Assembly (NCBI GenBank): GCA_918797485.1
Contig: CAKKNE010000001.1
Location: forward strand, 4,340,001-4,404,000
Direction of reading: 5' to 3'
Length of the DNA stretch: 64,000 nucleotides
From: Pelagomonas calceolata
Lineage: Eukaryota
Each line of letters begins with the position of its first letter. Within the stretch, counting starts at the first letter, position 1. The position numbers and the translations under genes are program-made. The notes under the pieces are model-generated. The model was not told the DNA's origin and did not search any database. It saw only the letters and a list, made by a program, of their open reading frames with translations. Of the stretch, positions 41,271-50,508 are shown in pieces.

Positions 41271-42745
41271 TTAATCATCCCAATCGATCTCATCCCCGTC
41301 GCTATCCTCTTCCTCCTCCCCGAACGCCATCGCCTCGTCCTCGTCCTCGTCGTGCTCCTCCTCGACGCGAGCCTCGTCCTCGTCGTCCCGCGGGGCCAAC
41401 GCGGGCACCCACCGCGCATCCATCAAACGCTGCTTGCAGTACACGCTTGCTAAAGGCGCCTGGATCCGCGACGACAGGTTCCAGCACATGACATGGCGGT
41501 CGTAGCCCGCGCCCGCGACGCGGTGCTCCCACTCGCCCTCAAATTCACAAACGTCCAAGGCCCACACGGCCCCAGCAGGACCCGCCAGCCGCTTGCACAT
41601 GCGTCTTGTCCTAGCATCGACGCACGAAATGTCCCCGCCGACGTCGGCTCGACAAACCCCCGGGAACGGCTCCCGCGTCAAACACAGCGCCGAGATGCCC
41701 CGGTCGCATTCCTGGTGGCCGCCCTTGTCCCCGGAAATGCCCTTCACTTCACATTGGGGCCGCCGCGACGCGCGCAAATCATAAAAGCGGAGCTCGCCGT
41801 ACTTCGTGCCGATGACGACCTGCGTGACCAACCAGTGAGTCCGTTATCCTGAGAACGCCAACGCCGCGTCGACGGCGTGGAATCTCCACGCCATCGAGCA
41901 GGCGCAGTCACGGGCGTCGATGGCGCGGGGCGCCTGAAGTTTGATTCTCGCGCAGATCAGGACCTCGTGCGCCGACGGCGCCGCGATGGCCGAGACCCAG
42001 ACGGGCCGTCTCATATCTAAGTTGTCTCTGCGGACATTGCGCGCCTGTGTGTGGGAGACTATTATCGAGCTCTCGTGACGACGGCGTCGGAGATAGCGTG
42101 AAAGGCGGCGCTCGGACATCCAAGGAAGTACATCTTTCGCCCCAATGCATCAGAGAGATGCGTCGGCGGTTACTGCGAATGTTTATGGGATCATGGCTTT
42201 CATCATCGCGCTGCTTCATCAAAAGGACACTGGTGTGAAAAAAGGACCTTCCACGACGGCTGCCGCGTTTCGAGGTCCCACCTCGTCAGCTCGCACTCCC
42301 GGCCGCCCACAAATAATGTATCATCGACGACGCAGCCGCAACTCACATCGTAGTTGTTTTGACCCTGCGCCAGGTCCCAGGTCCCGACGTCGCCCGCCCG
42401 CCTCGAATTTAGAGAAGTGAGCTGCGCTCTGCCTTGTGCAGAGCACGTCAAGAGGCCCCGGTCGATTGATGCGAGGAAAGTTGTCGAGGGCGCGAGGCCC
42501 GCCGCCGTACTTTGTCGAGAGAAGGGCTCTTCCGTCGCGTTGCGGCGCCACGTCTCGAGCGCGCCGTCGCGCCGCGCGGCGTGGAACGTCGTCGCGCCCG
42601 TCGTCGCGTCGACGGCGGACGTGGCTATTTTTAGGATGCCGCGGCTCCGCGCTTGCACCTCGTGCTCGTCGATGCGCGTCGCGGTGTTGCGGTGCAGGTC
42701 CGCGAGTTTCAGCAGGCCGCACTCGTCGCCGGTGACGAGGGCCAT
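41271..42745 (-). CDS. WDR74: WDR74/Nsa1 pre-60S biogenesis WD40 protein; join(42248..42745,41964..42044,41271..41819), 375 aa
   Basis: VTGDECGLLK, VGGRECEL, spliced WK|ARNVRRDNLDMRRPVW, LRFYDLRASRRP, GYDRHV, VYCKQRL and an acidic tail. Confidence 0.85.
41820..41963 (-). mobile_element. 144-nt GT-AG introner
   Basis: TSD remnant GTCCTGAT vs GTCGTCAT (6/8). 5' TIR CTGCGCGAGAATCAA. 3' end GACTCACTGGTTGGTCACGCAG. Family cores present. Confidence 0.88.
42045..42247 (-). other. 203-nt GT-AG intron in WDR74
   Basis: GTCCTT...CCCACACACAG. Splicing joins SWK|ARNV in frame. No clear TSD. Confidence 0.82.
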
Positions 42746-43153
42746 GGCGGTTCCGGCGGTAGTGCGCTGCTGTCTGCGCGTTTCTTGTGCTGCAAAGCGG
42801 ATTTATGCGACTGTGCTGCCAATATCGCCGCTCTGTGTGCAATGCCTTTTTGCGCGCGGTATGCGGCTAGCGATGCCAATTGCCGCCTTGCTCGCGTCGA
42901 TGGCGTGCCGCTGCTTTGTTTTAATGCGGTGCACGCGTGTATGTTTGCGCAAGCACCGAGTACAAGCCGCCTGGAGGTGGCACTGCGGCCCAGCCAGTGG
43001 CAGCAGCTAGCATCGGCAGTGGCCGAAAGCAACGCGAGGTGAGGAGACGCAAGCCCAGACCACTGCATTACGCACTCCCGGAAGACCTGACAGCTGACAA
43101 AAAAGTCACCACGCCGCGGCAGTCGGACGAGTAGCACAGGCCATCGGCTAGCA

Positions 43154-45793
43154 ATGCTGCTGTCGGCTCTTTGTCTCCTCGCCGCGGCGACGGCGGCGGC
43201 CGCGGAGGACCTCCCGGAGACGACGAGCAGCCAGAAGAGCCGCCTCCTAGTCGTCAACGGTTTAGATCACGACGCGCAGATCGACGTCTACTTCGCCGGC
43301 TCGCGCGGCGAGGGCCTCTGGAGCGCCGGGCCGCCGCCGAGCATCAAGCCGGGCACGATGGTCTGCGTCGCGTCCTCGGTCAAGGCGGGTTTTGAATTTG
43401 AGGTCCACGTCGGCGAAATCGACGACGAGTTCGTCGTCACACTGTCAAACAACAATGCAAGGCAAGGCGAGACCTACGGCCAGATTGATGGATTGATCCG
43501 CTGGCGCCACACTCGTAATGAAGACGCCACCATCTATCTGACGGGTGACGAGGACGCCCACGCCGTCTGGCGCGACGACCTCGATGAAATTTCGCAATTG
43601 GCCTGGAAAGACGGGGTAGGGGCGCTCTTCGAGGACGCGGACCGCTTTCTGGTGAGGGGCGACCGTACCAATGCGATGAGGGCGTTCGCGACGGCTCGGA
43701 GGTCGCTGGGACTGGCCGTGGCGACGGACGGCGCGGCGCCGCTGGTCTGGCCGCTGGCCGTGCTCGCGGGCGTCGCTCCTGCAAATAACACACATATTCC
43801 ATCGATCGAGGATGCTCAACCCCTCTCAGAAGAAGGTTCATCCTCGTATGTCGATACGATACGTAAACGAGCCTTACACCACGGCTGCTGGCTCGCGCGA
43901 CTGACGCTAGGGAGCTGGCGCGCCCACGGGAAACGTGGTATGGAAGAGGACTGTAATCGTGCTTGTGATGTCTGGACTTTGTTATTAAGAGACGTGGCGC
44001 CGTTCGGGGGCGGCTCGCCGCGACGAGCTCTGGTCAAGACGCGGCACGTCAATCTAAGACAAGCGGAGCTGCTCGTGGACCACTGGTTAAGAGCTGATGG
44101 CATGGCTACGTTGAGGGACGACGCTATGCAACAGTTCGACGAGGTAGAAGACGAGGAGGACGTCGTCGCGCCGGAGATAATAGACGCACCTGCACCGGCA
44201 GCGCCAGGGGGCTTCTTCCGGCGATTATTACATGGCCCTGACGACCTCTATGATGAGGTCGTGTTTGATGGAGCGCCCATGGAGGACGGCGGGAGAGTCA
44301 TAGACGACGCGGGCGCCGCTTACTTGGAAAGAAGAGCTGTGAACGGCGACGGCCACGCCGCGTTACAACTAGGCGACGCGTGGTTGGACGGTCGCGTAGC
44401 GAGGAGGCGCCCGTCGGCCGCAGCAGCAGCTAGATTCTACGCCGAGGGCCTCAAGTCGAAGGACGCGCACGCCTCTGCTGATTCAGCAGCAGCTCTGGCG
44501 GAGCTGTGGCTCGGGGGGCACGATGGCGTCCCGGCGCGGTTATCGAAAGCCTTGGAGATTCTGGAGACCAGTGCGTCCACACCGCTAGGGGATCATCTGT
44601 TAGGTCACTTGTACGACGTTATCGATATGCCTCCTCGTTTACCGAACAGGTCATTGGCCATCCAACGGTGGGAGCGGGCCGTAGAACAACATCACGCGGA
44701 TTCATTTGTGAGTCTCGCGAGGGCGCTGCGGGATACGGATCCAGAACGCGCTTCAGCGTTACTAAGTGATGCTCTGAAAGAAGGCGACTCGCTCACGGCT
44801 GCTCTACTATTATCACAGATGCACCTGCGTGGCTTGCTCGACGGCGACTGGGAGCTGCACACGACGAACCTGGAAGAAATGCGGTGTTCCCGAGCGCGAG
44901 AAGTCCTGGAGGAAGGCATCCAACAGGCGTGGGACGCCGCATTGCCCGGTTTCGGCGTCGGCGACGCCGTCGCCGCCGGGCGCGCGGCGTGGGAAACTTC
45001 TACCTGGTTTTCGTCCACGTCAAAAGCCGAGGAGGACCTCTACACTGATGATGTACAAGGGGACGACTTGCTCGAGGCGCTTCGTACACGTGTCGACGCG
45101 AGGAACGACCGACGTCTCAAAGATCATACTTCCGGATTAAACGCGCCGGCGCGAGCTAGAGGCGCGTACCGCATGCTCGCGACGCTCGGCGAAGCCGGTC
45201 TAGGCGCCGCCCACGTCAACGCTGGATTTGTTTTAGAGAGATTAGGACGAGGCAACCCCGCCCTGTTGAAGCGGGCGAAGTGGCACTACGAACAAACTTT
45301 AGCGGGACGGGAGACGAATTCTTCTGAAATCGCGCGGGCGGCGCGGAAGCTGGAGTTCGCGGAGGCGCGGCGAGCTTTAGCTTCCTGTAGGAGGGACGGC
45401 TGGGCCGGGGCGTGCGACCAGACCTGTGCTCAAGACGACTCGTTATTCGAGGCGGCGAAGCGGGGCTCGGAGTGGGCCGCGCTTGAATCAGCTTTGGACG
45501 CGTACCGCGGTGGTGCTTATAGAAGGGCGACTGTTTTAGCTTCGGACTGCTCCTACCGCTTCGTATGGCCGCACAGGGTGCCCTGCGCGCTCGTGGCGGC
45601 CTTGCTGTCGGCGCGCGCGATGGTACTTGATTTGTCGTGGTATGTGACGTGGGCGCGGCGGGACCGTTTGAGGCATACTGATCAAACGGTCGACGAGCTG
45701 TTGGCGGAGTTCGCCCCTGAGGTCCCGCAGCTCCAAGGTAAGACGCGCGAGGAGCGCGTGCGGAGCCTCTGGGCCGCTCTCGGTCACAACTGA
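43154..45793 (+). CDS. Secretory-pathway Sel1-like repeat protein (possibly SEL1L/Hrd3-like)
   Basis: Signal peptide, several Sel1-like repeats (LERRAVNGDGHAALQLGDAWLDG; AALAELWLGGHDGV; LGEAGLGAAHVNAGFVL) and a hydrophobic segment near the C-terminus. Confidence 0.65.
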   Translation: MLLSALCLLAAATAAAAEDLPETTSSQKSRLLVVNGLDHDAQIDVYFAGSRGEGLWSAGPPPSIKPGTMVCVASSVKAGFEFEVHVGEIDDEFVVTLSNNNARQGETYGQIDGLIRWRHTRNEDATIYLTGDEDAHAVWRDDLDEISQLAWKDGVGALFEDADRFLVRGDRTNAMRAFATARRSLGLAVATDGAAPLVWPLAVLAGVAPANNTHIPSIEDAQPLSEEGSSSYVDTIRKRALHHGCWLARLTLGSWRAHGKRGMEEDCNRACDVWTLLLRDVAPFGGGSPRRALVKTRHVNLRQAELLVDHWLRADGMATLRDDAMQQFDEVEDEEDVVAPEIIDAPAPAAPGGFFRRLLHGPDDLYDEVVFDGAPMEDGGRVIDDAGAAYLERRAVNGDGHAALQLGDAWLDGRVARRRPSAAAAARFYAEGLKSKDAHASADSAAALAELWLGGHDGVPARLSKALEILETSASTPLGDHLLGHLYDVIDMPPRLPNRSLAIQRWERAVEQHHADSFVSLARALRDTDPERASALLSDALKEGDSLTAALLLSQMHLRGLLDGDWELHTTNLEEMRCSRAREVLEEGIQQAWDAALPGFGVGDAVAAGRAAWETSTWFSSTSKAEEDLYTDDVQGDDLLEALRTRVDARNDRRLKDHTSGLNAPARARGAYRMLATLGEAGLGAAHVNAGFVLERLGRGNPALLKRAKWHYEQTLAGRETNSSEIARAARKLEFAEARRALASCRRDGWAGACDQTCAQDDSLFEAAKRGSEWAALESALDAYRGGAYRRATVLASDCSYRFVWPHRVPCALVAALLSARAMVLDLSWYVTWARRDRLRHTDQTVDELLAEFAPEVPQLQGKTREERVRSLWAALGHN

Positions 45794-46098
45794 CGGGAAG
45801 GCGTTCTCGGGTAAGTGTGTCTGTTGTTGTGGTATCCTTTGCTTTGCTTAGAGCTAGGCCTGGCATGCCGACAAAACCCGGCTGTTTTTGGCCAGCACCA
45901 TTGCACATTTCGCGCGAGGCCTGCGAGCCACGTGAGCCTTACGCGAGGAAGTAATTGAGATAGGTAATTGCTGGGGAGCCTGGGACCCATCTGTGTGTTG
46001 ACGCCAGACAAGGGCCAAAGGCTTGCAGTAATTGCAGGATTTCATTCAGGGAGGTTACGCGCGAGGTTAAGCGCAAGGTTAAGCGCAAGGACGCTAGA

Positions 46099-46560
46099 TT
46101 AACAACGTACGCAAGCGCAATGCAAAGCGCCACAGAGCCGCAGCAAAATGACCTGGAACTCTTCCGCGCGGTGCGATCGGATCAAGTCCTCCGCGGGTGC
46201 GGAGATGACCAGGAGGCGGTGGGGGCGCCCGCCCGGCGTCGTGTCCTTCGTGAGGCGGAACGACACGGACTTCTTCTGGAGTAGTAAGGACCGCGTCTGT
46301 TGGAGGGGCGACGGTCCCTGGTCGGGCTCATCTTCTGCATCCTCGCCGTCGCCGTTGCTGCCGGACCAGACCTTGGCCAGCTCTCTTACACCATCCTCGG
46401 AATTCAATTTGGACAGGGTCTTAAAACTCACCTGCTTGCGCATCGCGAGCCTCTGTTTTTCCTTGCCCTCAGGCGCTGTTCTGGCCACGAGCAGCGGCGA
46501 GACGCTCGCGCCGGTCGAGCGCGAGGAGCTGAGAACTACTTTGAGGGCCTGGGTCATCAT
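46099..46560 (-). CDS. Hypothetical protein; the 3' end may be spliced
   Basis: 153-aa ATG-initiated ORF with native codon usage for most of its length. Possible donor CAG|GTCATT at ~46152. Confidence 0.45.
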   Translation of the reverse strand: MMTQALKVVLSSSRSTGASVSPLLVARTAPEGKEKQRLAMRKQVSFKTLSKLNSEDGVRELAKVWSGSNGDGEDAEDEPDQGPSPLQQTRSLLLQKKSVSFRLTKDTTPGGRPHRLLVISAPAEDLIRSHRAEEFQVILLRLCGALHCACVRC

Positions 46561-47967
46561 TCTGTTCCGAGCGTTTCTCCGCGTACGCAGCTTCGCCGAC
46601 GCAAGAGTTAGTCTAGCGTTCGTGACCGCTTAAGTACTCTCTCTCTCCTCCAGTGGAGTGAATTGCCCGGCCGAGACGCGGCGCTGGGCGATTGATTGCG
46701 GCGCGTCGGCGGGGTTAACAGTGGCTCGTTCCGGTGTGGGATTACCTGTTAATCACCGGTGGCGTCGGCCAGGCGGAGCGGCGTAGCGGCGGGCCGCAGA
46801 CAGAGAGCGATGCTAAATCAAAATGGGCCAGTTTACGTCGTCCGCTTCAGAGCGTCGCCGCGTGGCCGCGGTTGGCCTGTTCTGAAGTTCACGTATCGCA
46901 GAGGTGCCCGTATGCCCAGGTCTCGCCAAGCGCCCAATCACCCCAATCACGCAAGCTCCCGGAGCAAGCACAAGGCTTGCCTATTTTTTAGCTATTAATT
47001 AAATCGGTCCGTTTGGCCCAAACCCGAACCTTCGAAATTCCCCTTTTGCTCGGCGCACGCGGCATGGTTGCAGCTTCGGCCGCGCAGGCGTCGTTTCGGG
47101 TCCCTTGGCTTGCGCCTCGTCGCTTACAGCGCTTAAAACGGTGCCGGATTCGCTCGTATTCGAACCTGGGCTCTGCGACGCGAGGCTCCGTAACGCGCCG
47201 CGCTCGCCGCTGAGGGGCGCGCGGGCCGCGCTGACGGCGCGGAGGGGAGGCCCAGGGTCATGTGCGTCGACGCTGCGACCGGCGGCTCCCCTAGGTCTAC
47301 GGCCGGCGACATATCCGTCGGGGCCGAAACGCCGGTTTCGGTCGGACGCGGCCGACGCAGCAGGAGCTGCATTACGGCTGGACGCGACGGTGCCGCGCGA
47401 AGCGTCGCATGTCGGCCGGCAGTCCGACGGCCCGTGAAGGTCGGCGGTGACCGAGGGTCACTTTCCCGCCGTGACCATGGCCTACGAGCGCGAGAAACGG
47501 GTCGCGCGGCGCGCGGGCGGCGACTTCGAGGCGCGGCTCCACGTCGTCGAGCTGGCGACGCGTCGCGTACTGTTCGGGCTCGAGTGAGGGCCACTCGAAG
47601 TGCATCCAAATCCGCGCGGAACGGGTCGCGGTTTCATGACGGTCCCGGCGGAGTCGTTCTGAGGAGCGTGCGTCTGTGCGGAGCAACGTCGGGTGACGGA
47701 AGCCCCACCGCAAGCTGTAGAAACCGCTCGGGTACTTACGGGAGTCGATCGGCCTTGGGCGGGCCGAGGCCGCGAGGGTGTTTTCGGGCGACGGCGTCGG
47801 GCCACGTACTGGCCGTCTTCGCGCCGCAAACCCGTCCCGCGGCCATGGGCTCGTCGGAAGACCGTGGCGCGCGGCTTTGGCAGGGCCGGGCCGCCGCCGC
47901 GCGCGGGGGCCGCGCCCTCTGTAGTTGTGACCCCACTAATTGTATAGAAAGACGTCACAAGAACAGT

Positions 47968-50289
47968 TTAATCGGCTGGTATGTAGCCAGCCATGCGGCC
48001 GGATTTCGTTGGGCGTTGGTAGATAGGCTCTGGTGGTGGCGTTGGCGGCGGCGGTGGCGGCTCGACGATTGGTGGCGGCGCGGGCGCGGGAACAGGAGCT
48101 GGCGGCGGCGTAGGAGCGGGCGCGGGCGCGGGCGCGGCGCGACCGGCCGGCGGGTTCGAGTAGAGCTGTGTAAAGGCCATGGGATCGTAAACTCGGGTGG
48201 CGGCGCGCGGCGGCGGCGCCTCGGCGGCGATGGTCGCGAGGCCCGCGCCGCGCGCTAACGCGTTGATGGTGTGTGTGGAGATCTCCAGCTCTAGGTGGCC
48301 GCGGTCTCCCACGGCGAAGAGCTCCGGGCGCTTCAGCAGGCTCCGCTGGGACGCCATGCGTCGGCACGCGAGGCGCTCCGCCGCGTCGCGACACGCGACG
48401 ACGAGCGCGTCGCCCGGCGACCGCGAGAGGTAGTCCGCGCGCACGGTCTGCGTCGTGGCGCCGAGGCCCAAGCAGCCCGGCCGCATGACGTGGGTCTCGA
48501 GGAGCATCGCGGCCGTCGCCGTCTGGCGGGCGGCCGGCGCATCTGGAAACAGAGCCTCGGACGCCAGCTTTGTCGCCGTGGCCTCGTCGACCCGCGCGCG
48601 CGCGAGGGCCGCGTCGTAGGCCGCCTGCTCTCGCTCGACGGCGTCCGCGGAGGCCTGGGCTTCCGCGCGCGCCGCGACCTTCCGCGGGTGGTTGTCTGGC
48701 AAAGACCACCAGAGCAGCGAAGCGTCGGACATGCGCTTGCTCGACGCGAGGCGCCCGTCGATGGCCGTGTCCAGCTCGCCTCGGGCCACAAAACACAACC
48801 AGACGTTCGTCGGCTTCGTGACGGGCCTCGCAAGTAGGAAGTGTCGCGGCACGTGCGTCTTGAGCCGCGCGGCGAGCGCCAGCGCGTGGGACACGGCGTC
48901 ACCGGCCCATGCCATCGCGCAGCGGGGCGGCATCCCCGCCGCCAGGTGACCGGAGATCAAAACGACGGTGAACTTCAGGCCAATACCCTTGCTCGCGACC
49001 GTCGTCGAGCCGCCGTCGTGGATGATGCAGAAGTTCTCGCACCGGCGGGCGACCTTGCCGAGCGCCTGGGACCGGATACAGTCGAGGACGCGCAGGGCCT
49101 GGTGTCCCCACGACCCCGAGAACTTCATCTCCTTCGTCGCGCACTTGTCCCGTAGGACAGCCGTCGCCTTGCTCGCGGAGAGCCCGTACGAGGTCAGCAG
49201 GCGGTCCAGCTCGACGATATGGACCACGGGGATCGGCGTCCGCCCGTTCAGTAACGCGTCCGTGGGCAGACCGTCCGTAGGCTGGCGCCGCGCCAGCACG
49301 GCGGCCGCCGTGGCGGCGGCGACGTCTCGCCGTAGGCCGAGAAGCGCTCGTCGAAAGTCGACGATGGGCAAGTTGGACGGAAGCATCGGGAGCCACCCGT
49401 TCGACGCCGCGGCGCGGTCTTTGTAGGTCTTGCGCGCGGCTCGAATGGCTCGGGCCGCTGGTCTCGTGACCCTCCGTTGATTCGGCACCGCGTCCGCGAA
49501 GATCTCCTCGAGTTGCGACCGCGTCATTGCCCAGCCCGTATTCACAAAGTAACGCCGCGCCTCGGCTTCGGCGCGGCCCACGTTCCAGCGTTTTTCCAGG
49601 GCGTGTAGCACAAATTCGTAGGCGGCGGCGGCCTCGAGCGGCGCGCAGACCGACGACGCCGTCGCGAGCGGCGCGGCGCCCGGCGCCTCGGGCGGGACCG
49701 GCGCGATCACGGCGAGCCCTGGTCTTCCGCTCCGCGGCGCGCCCGCGGCCGACGCGGCCGGCGCCCGGGCAACAGGTTGCTGCTGGCGCTGGGCGCCGGT
49801 CGCGGTGGCCTGAGACCGCTTCGGCGCGGTCGTGCGGCCGTCGCGCGCGTTTGGCGCGATCTCGCCCAGCGACTGGCGCCGGGGCGTGGCCGCCGCCCGT
49901 GTTCCGGAAGCGGCAGGCGCGCCCGCGGGTGTAGGCGTCTGCCCCGGGGCGCGCGGCGCGTTCTCGTCGACGCCGCCGCAGCGCGCGAGCGCTCGACTCA
50001 GAACGGCGCGCGTGGCGTCCCAGCAGCGCGTCGTGCTGTTCGTATGAAAGTCCGCCCCGCTCGCCATCACCTCGCCGGGAAAGTTTGCGCCGCACTCCTT
50101 GGAGTGACTTTGTCTGCAAAACCACGACATCCACGCGCTGTAGGCGCCGGGCGAACTGGTGTTCAGTCGCGCCGCGTCGAGGGACACGAGGAGGGCCTGG
50201 CAGCGGTCCTTAGCCCTCATCCGCTGCGGCAGGTCTACGAGCTGCGGGCTGGCGCCAGGACTGAACGGCGTCCCGCTTCGGAGTGCCAT
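47968..50289 (-). CDS. Transposon ORF A (773 aa), carrying a candidate first catalytic Asp strand of a hAT-like transposase
   Basis: Long open frame. QALRVLDCIRSQALGKVARRCENFCIIHDGGST...LKFTVVLISGH resembles the hAT helix plus beta1 (D1) plus beta2. Pro-rich C-terminus. Confidence 0.7.
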   Translation of the reverse strand: MALRSGTPFSPGASPQLVDLPQRMRAKDRCQALLVSLDAARLNTSSPGAYSAWMSWFCRQSHSKECGANFPGEVMASGADFHTNSTTRCWDATRAVLSRALARCGGVDENAPRAPGQTPTPAGAPAASGTRAAATPRRQSLGEIAPNARDGRTTAPKRSQATATGAQRQQQPVARAPAASAAGAPRSGRPGLAVIAPVPPEAPGAAPLATASSVCAPLEAAAAYEFVLHALEKRWNVGRAEAEARRYFVNTGWAMTRSQLEEIFADAVPNQRRVTRPAARAIRAARKTYKDRAAASNGWLPMLPSNLPIVDFRRALLGLRRDVAAATAAAVLARRQPTDGLPTDALLNGRTPIPVVHIVELDRLLTSYGLSASKATAVLRDKCATKEMKFSGSWGHQALRVLDCIRSQALGKVARRCENFCIIHDGGSTTVASKGIGLKFTVVLISGHLAAGMPPRCAMAWAGDAVSHALALAARLKTHVPRHFLLARPVTKPTNVWLCFVARGELDTAIDGRLASSKRMSDASLLWWSLPDNHPRKVAARAEAQASADAVEREQAAYDAALARARVDEATATKLASEALFPDAPAARQTATAAMLLETHVMRPGCLGLGATTQTVRADYLSRSPGDALVVACRDAAERLACRRMASQRSLLKRPELFAVGDRGHLELEISTHTINALARGAGLATIAAEAPPPRAATRVYDPMAFTQLYSNPPAGRAAPAPAPAPTPPPAPVPAPAPPPIVEPPPPPPTPPPEPIYQRPTKSGRMAGYIPAD

Positions 50290-50508
50290 GGGTCACAGAG
50301 CCGCCGCTACGCACAAATGGCCCCCCAGCGGGGCCCCTGCGGCCGTGAGAGCTGACAACGGAGAGAGCAAATACCCGTCCCGAGTCAAACGGCCGCGCGG
50401 AGCACGCAGGCTTCGACAGAGGCGTCCGAAGGACGCGTCTGAACGCGTGGCTTCGTCGTTGCTGCCGAACGGGAGGCAGGAAAAAATGAGGCCAAGCTTT
50501 GCAGGACA

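Noticed and set aside
47372..47713. Possible third small gene or extra exon in the left arm of the transposon
   Set aside because: The composition is partly protein-like, but there is no motif and no supported splice or start. Left uncalled.
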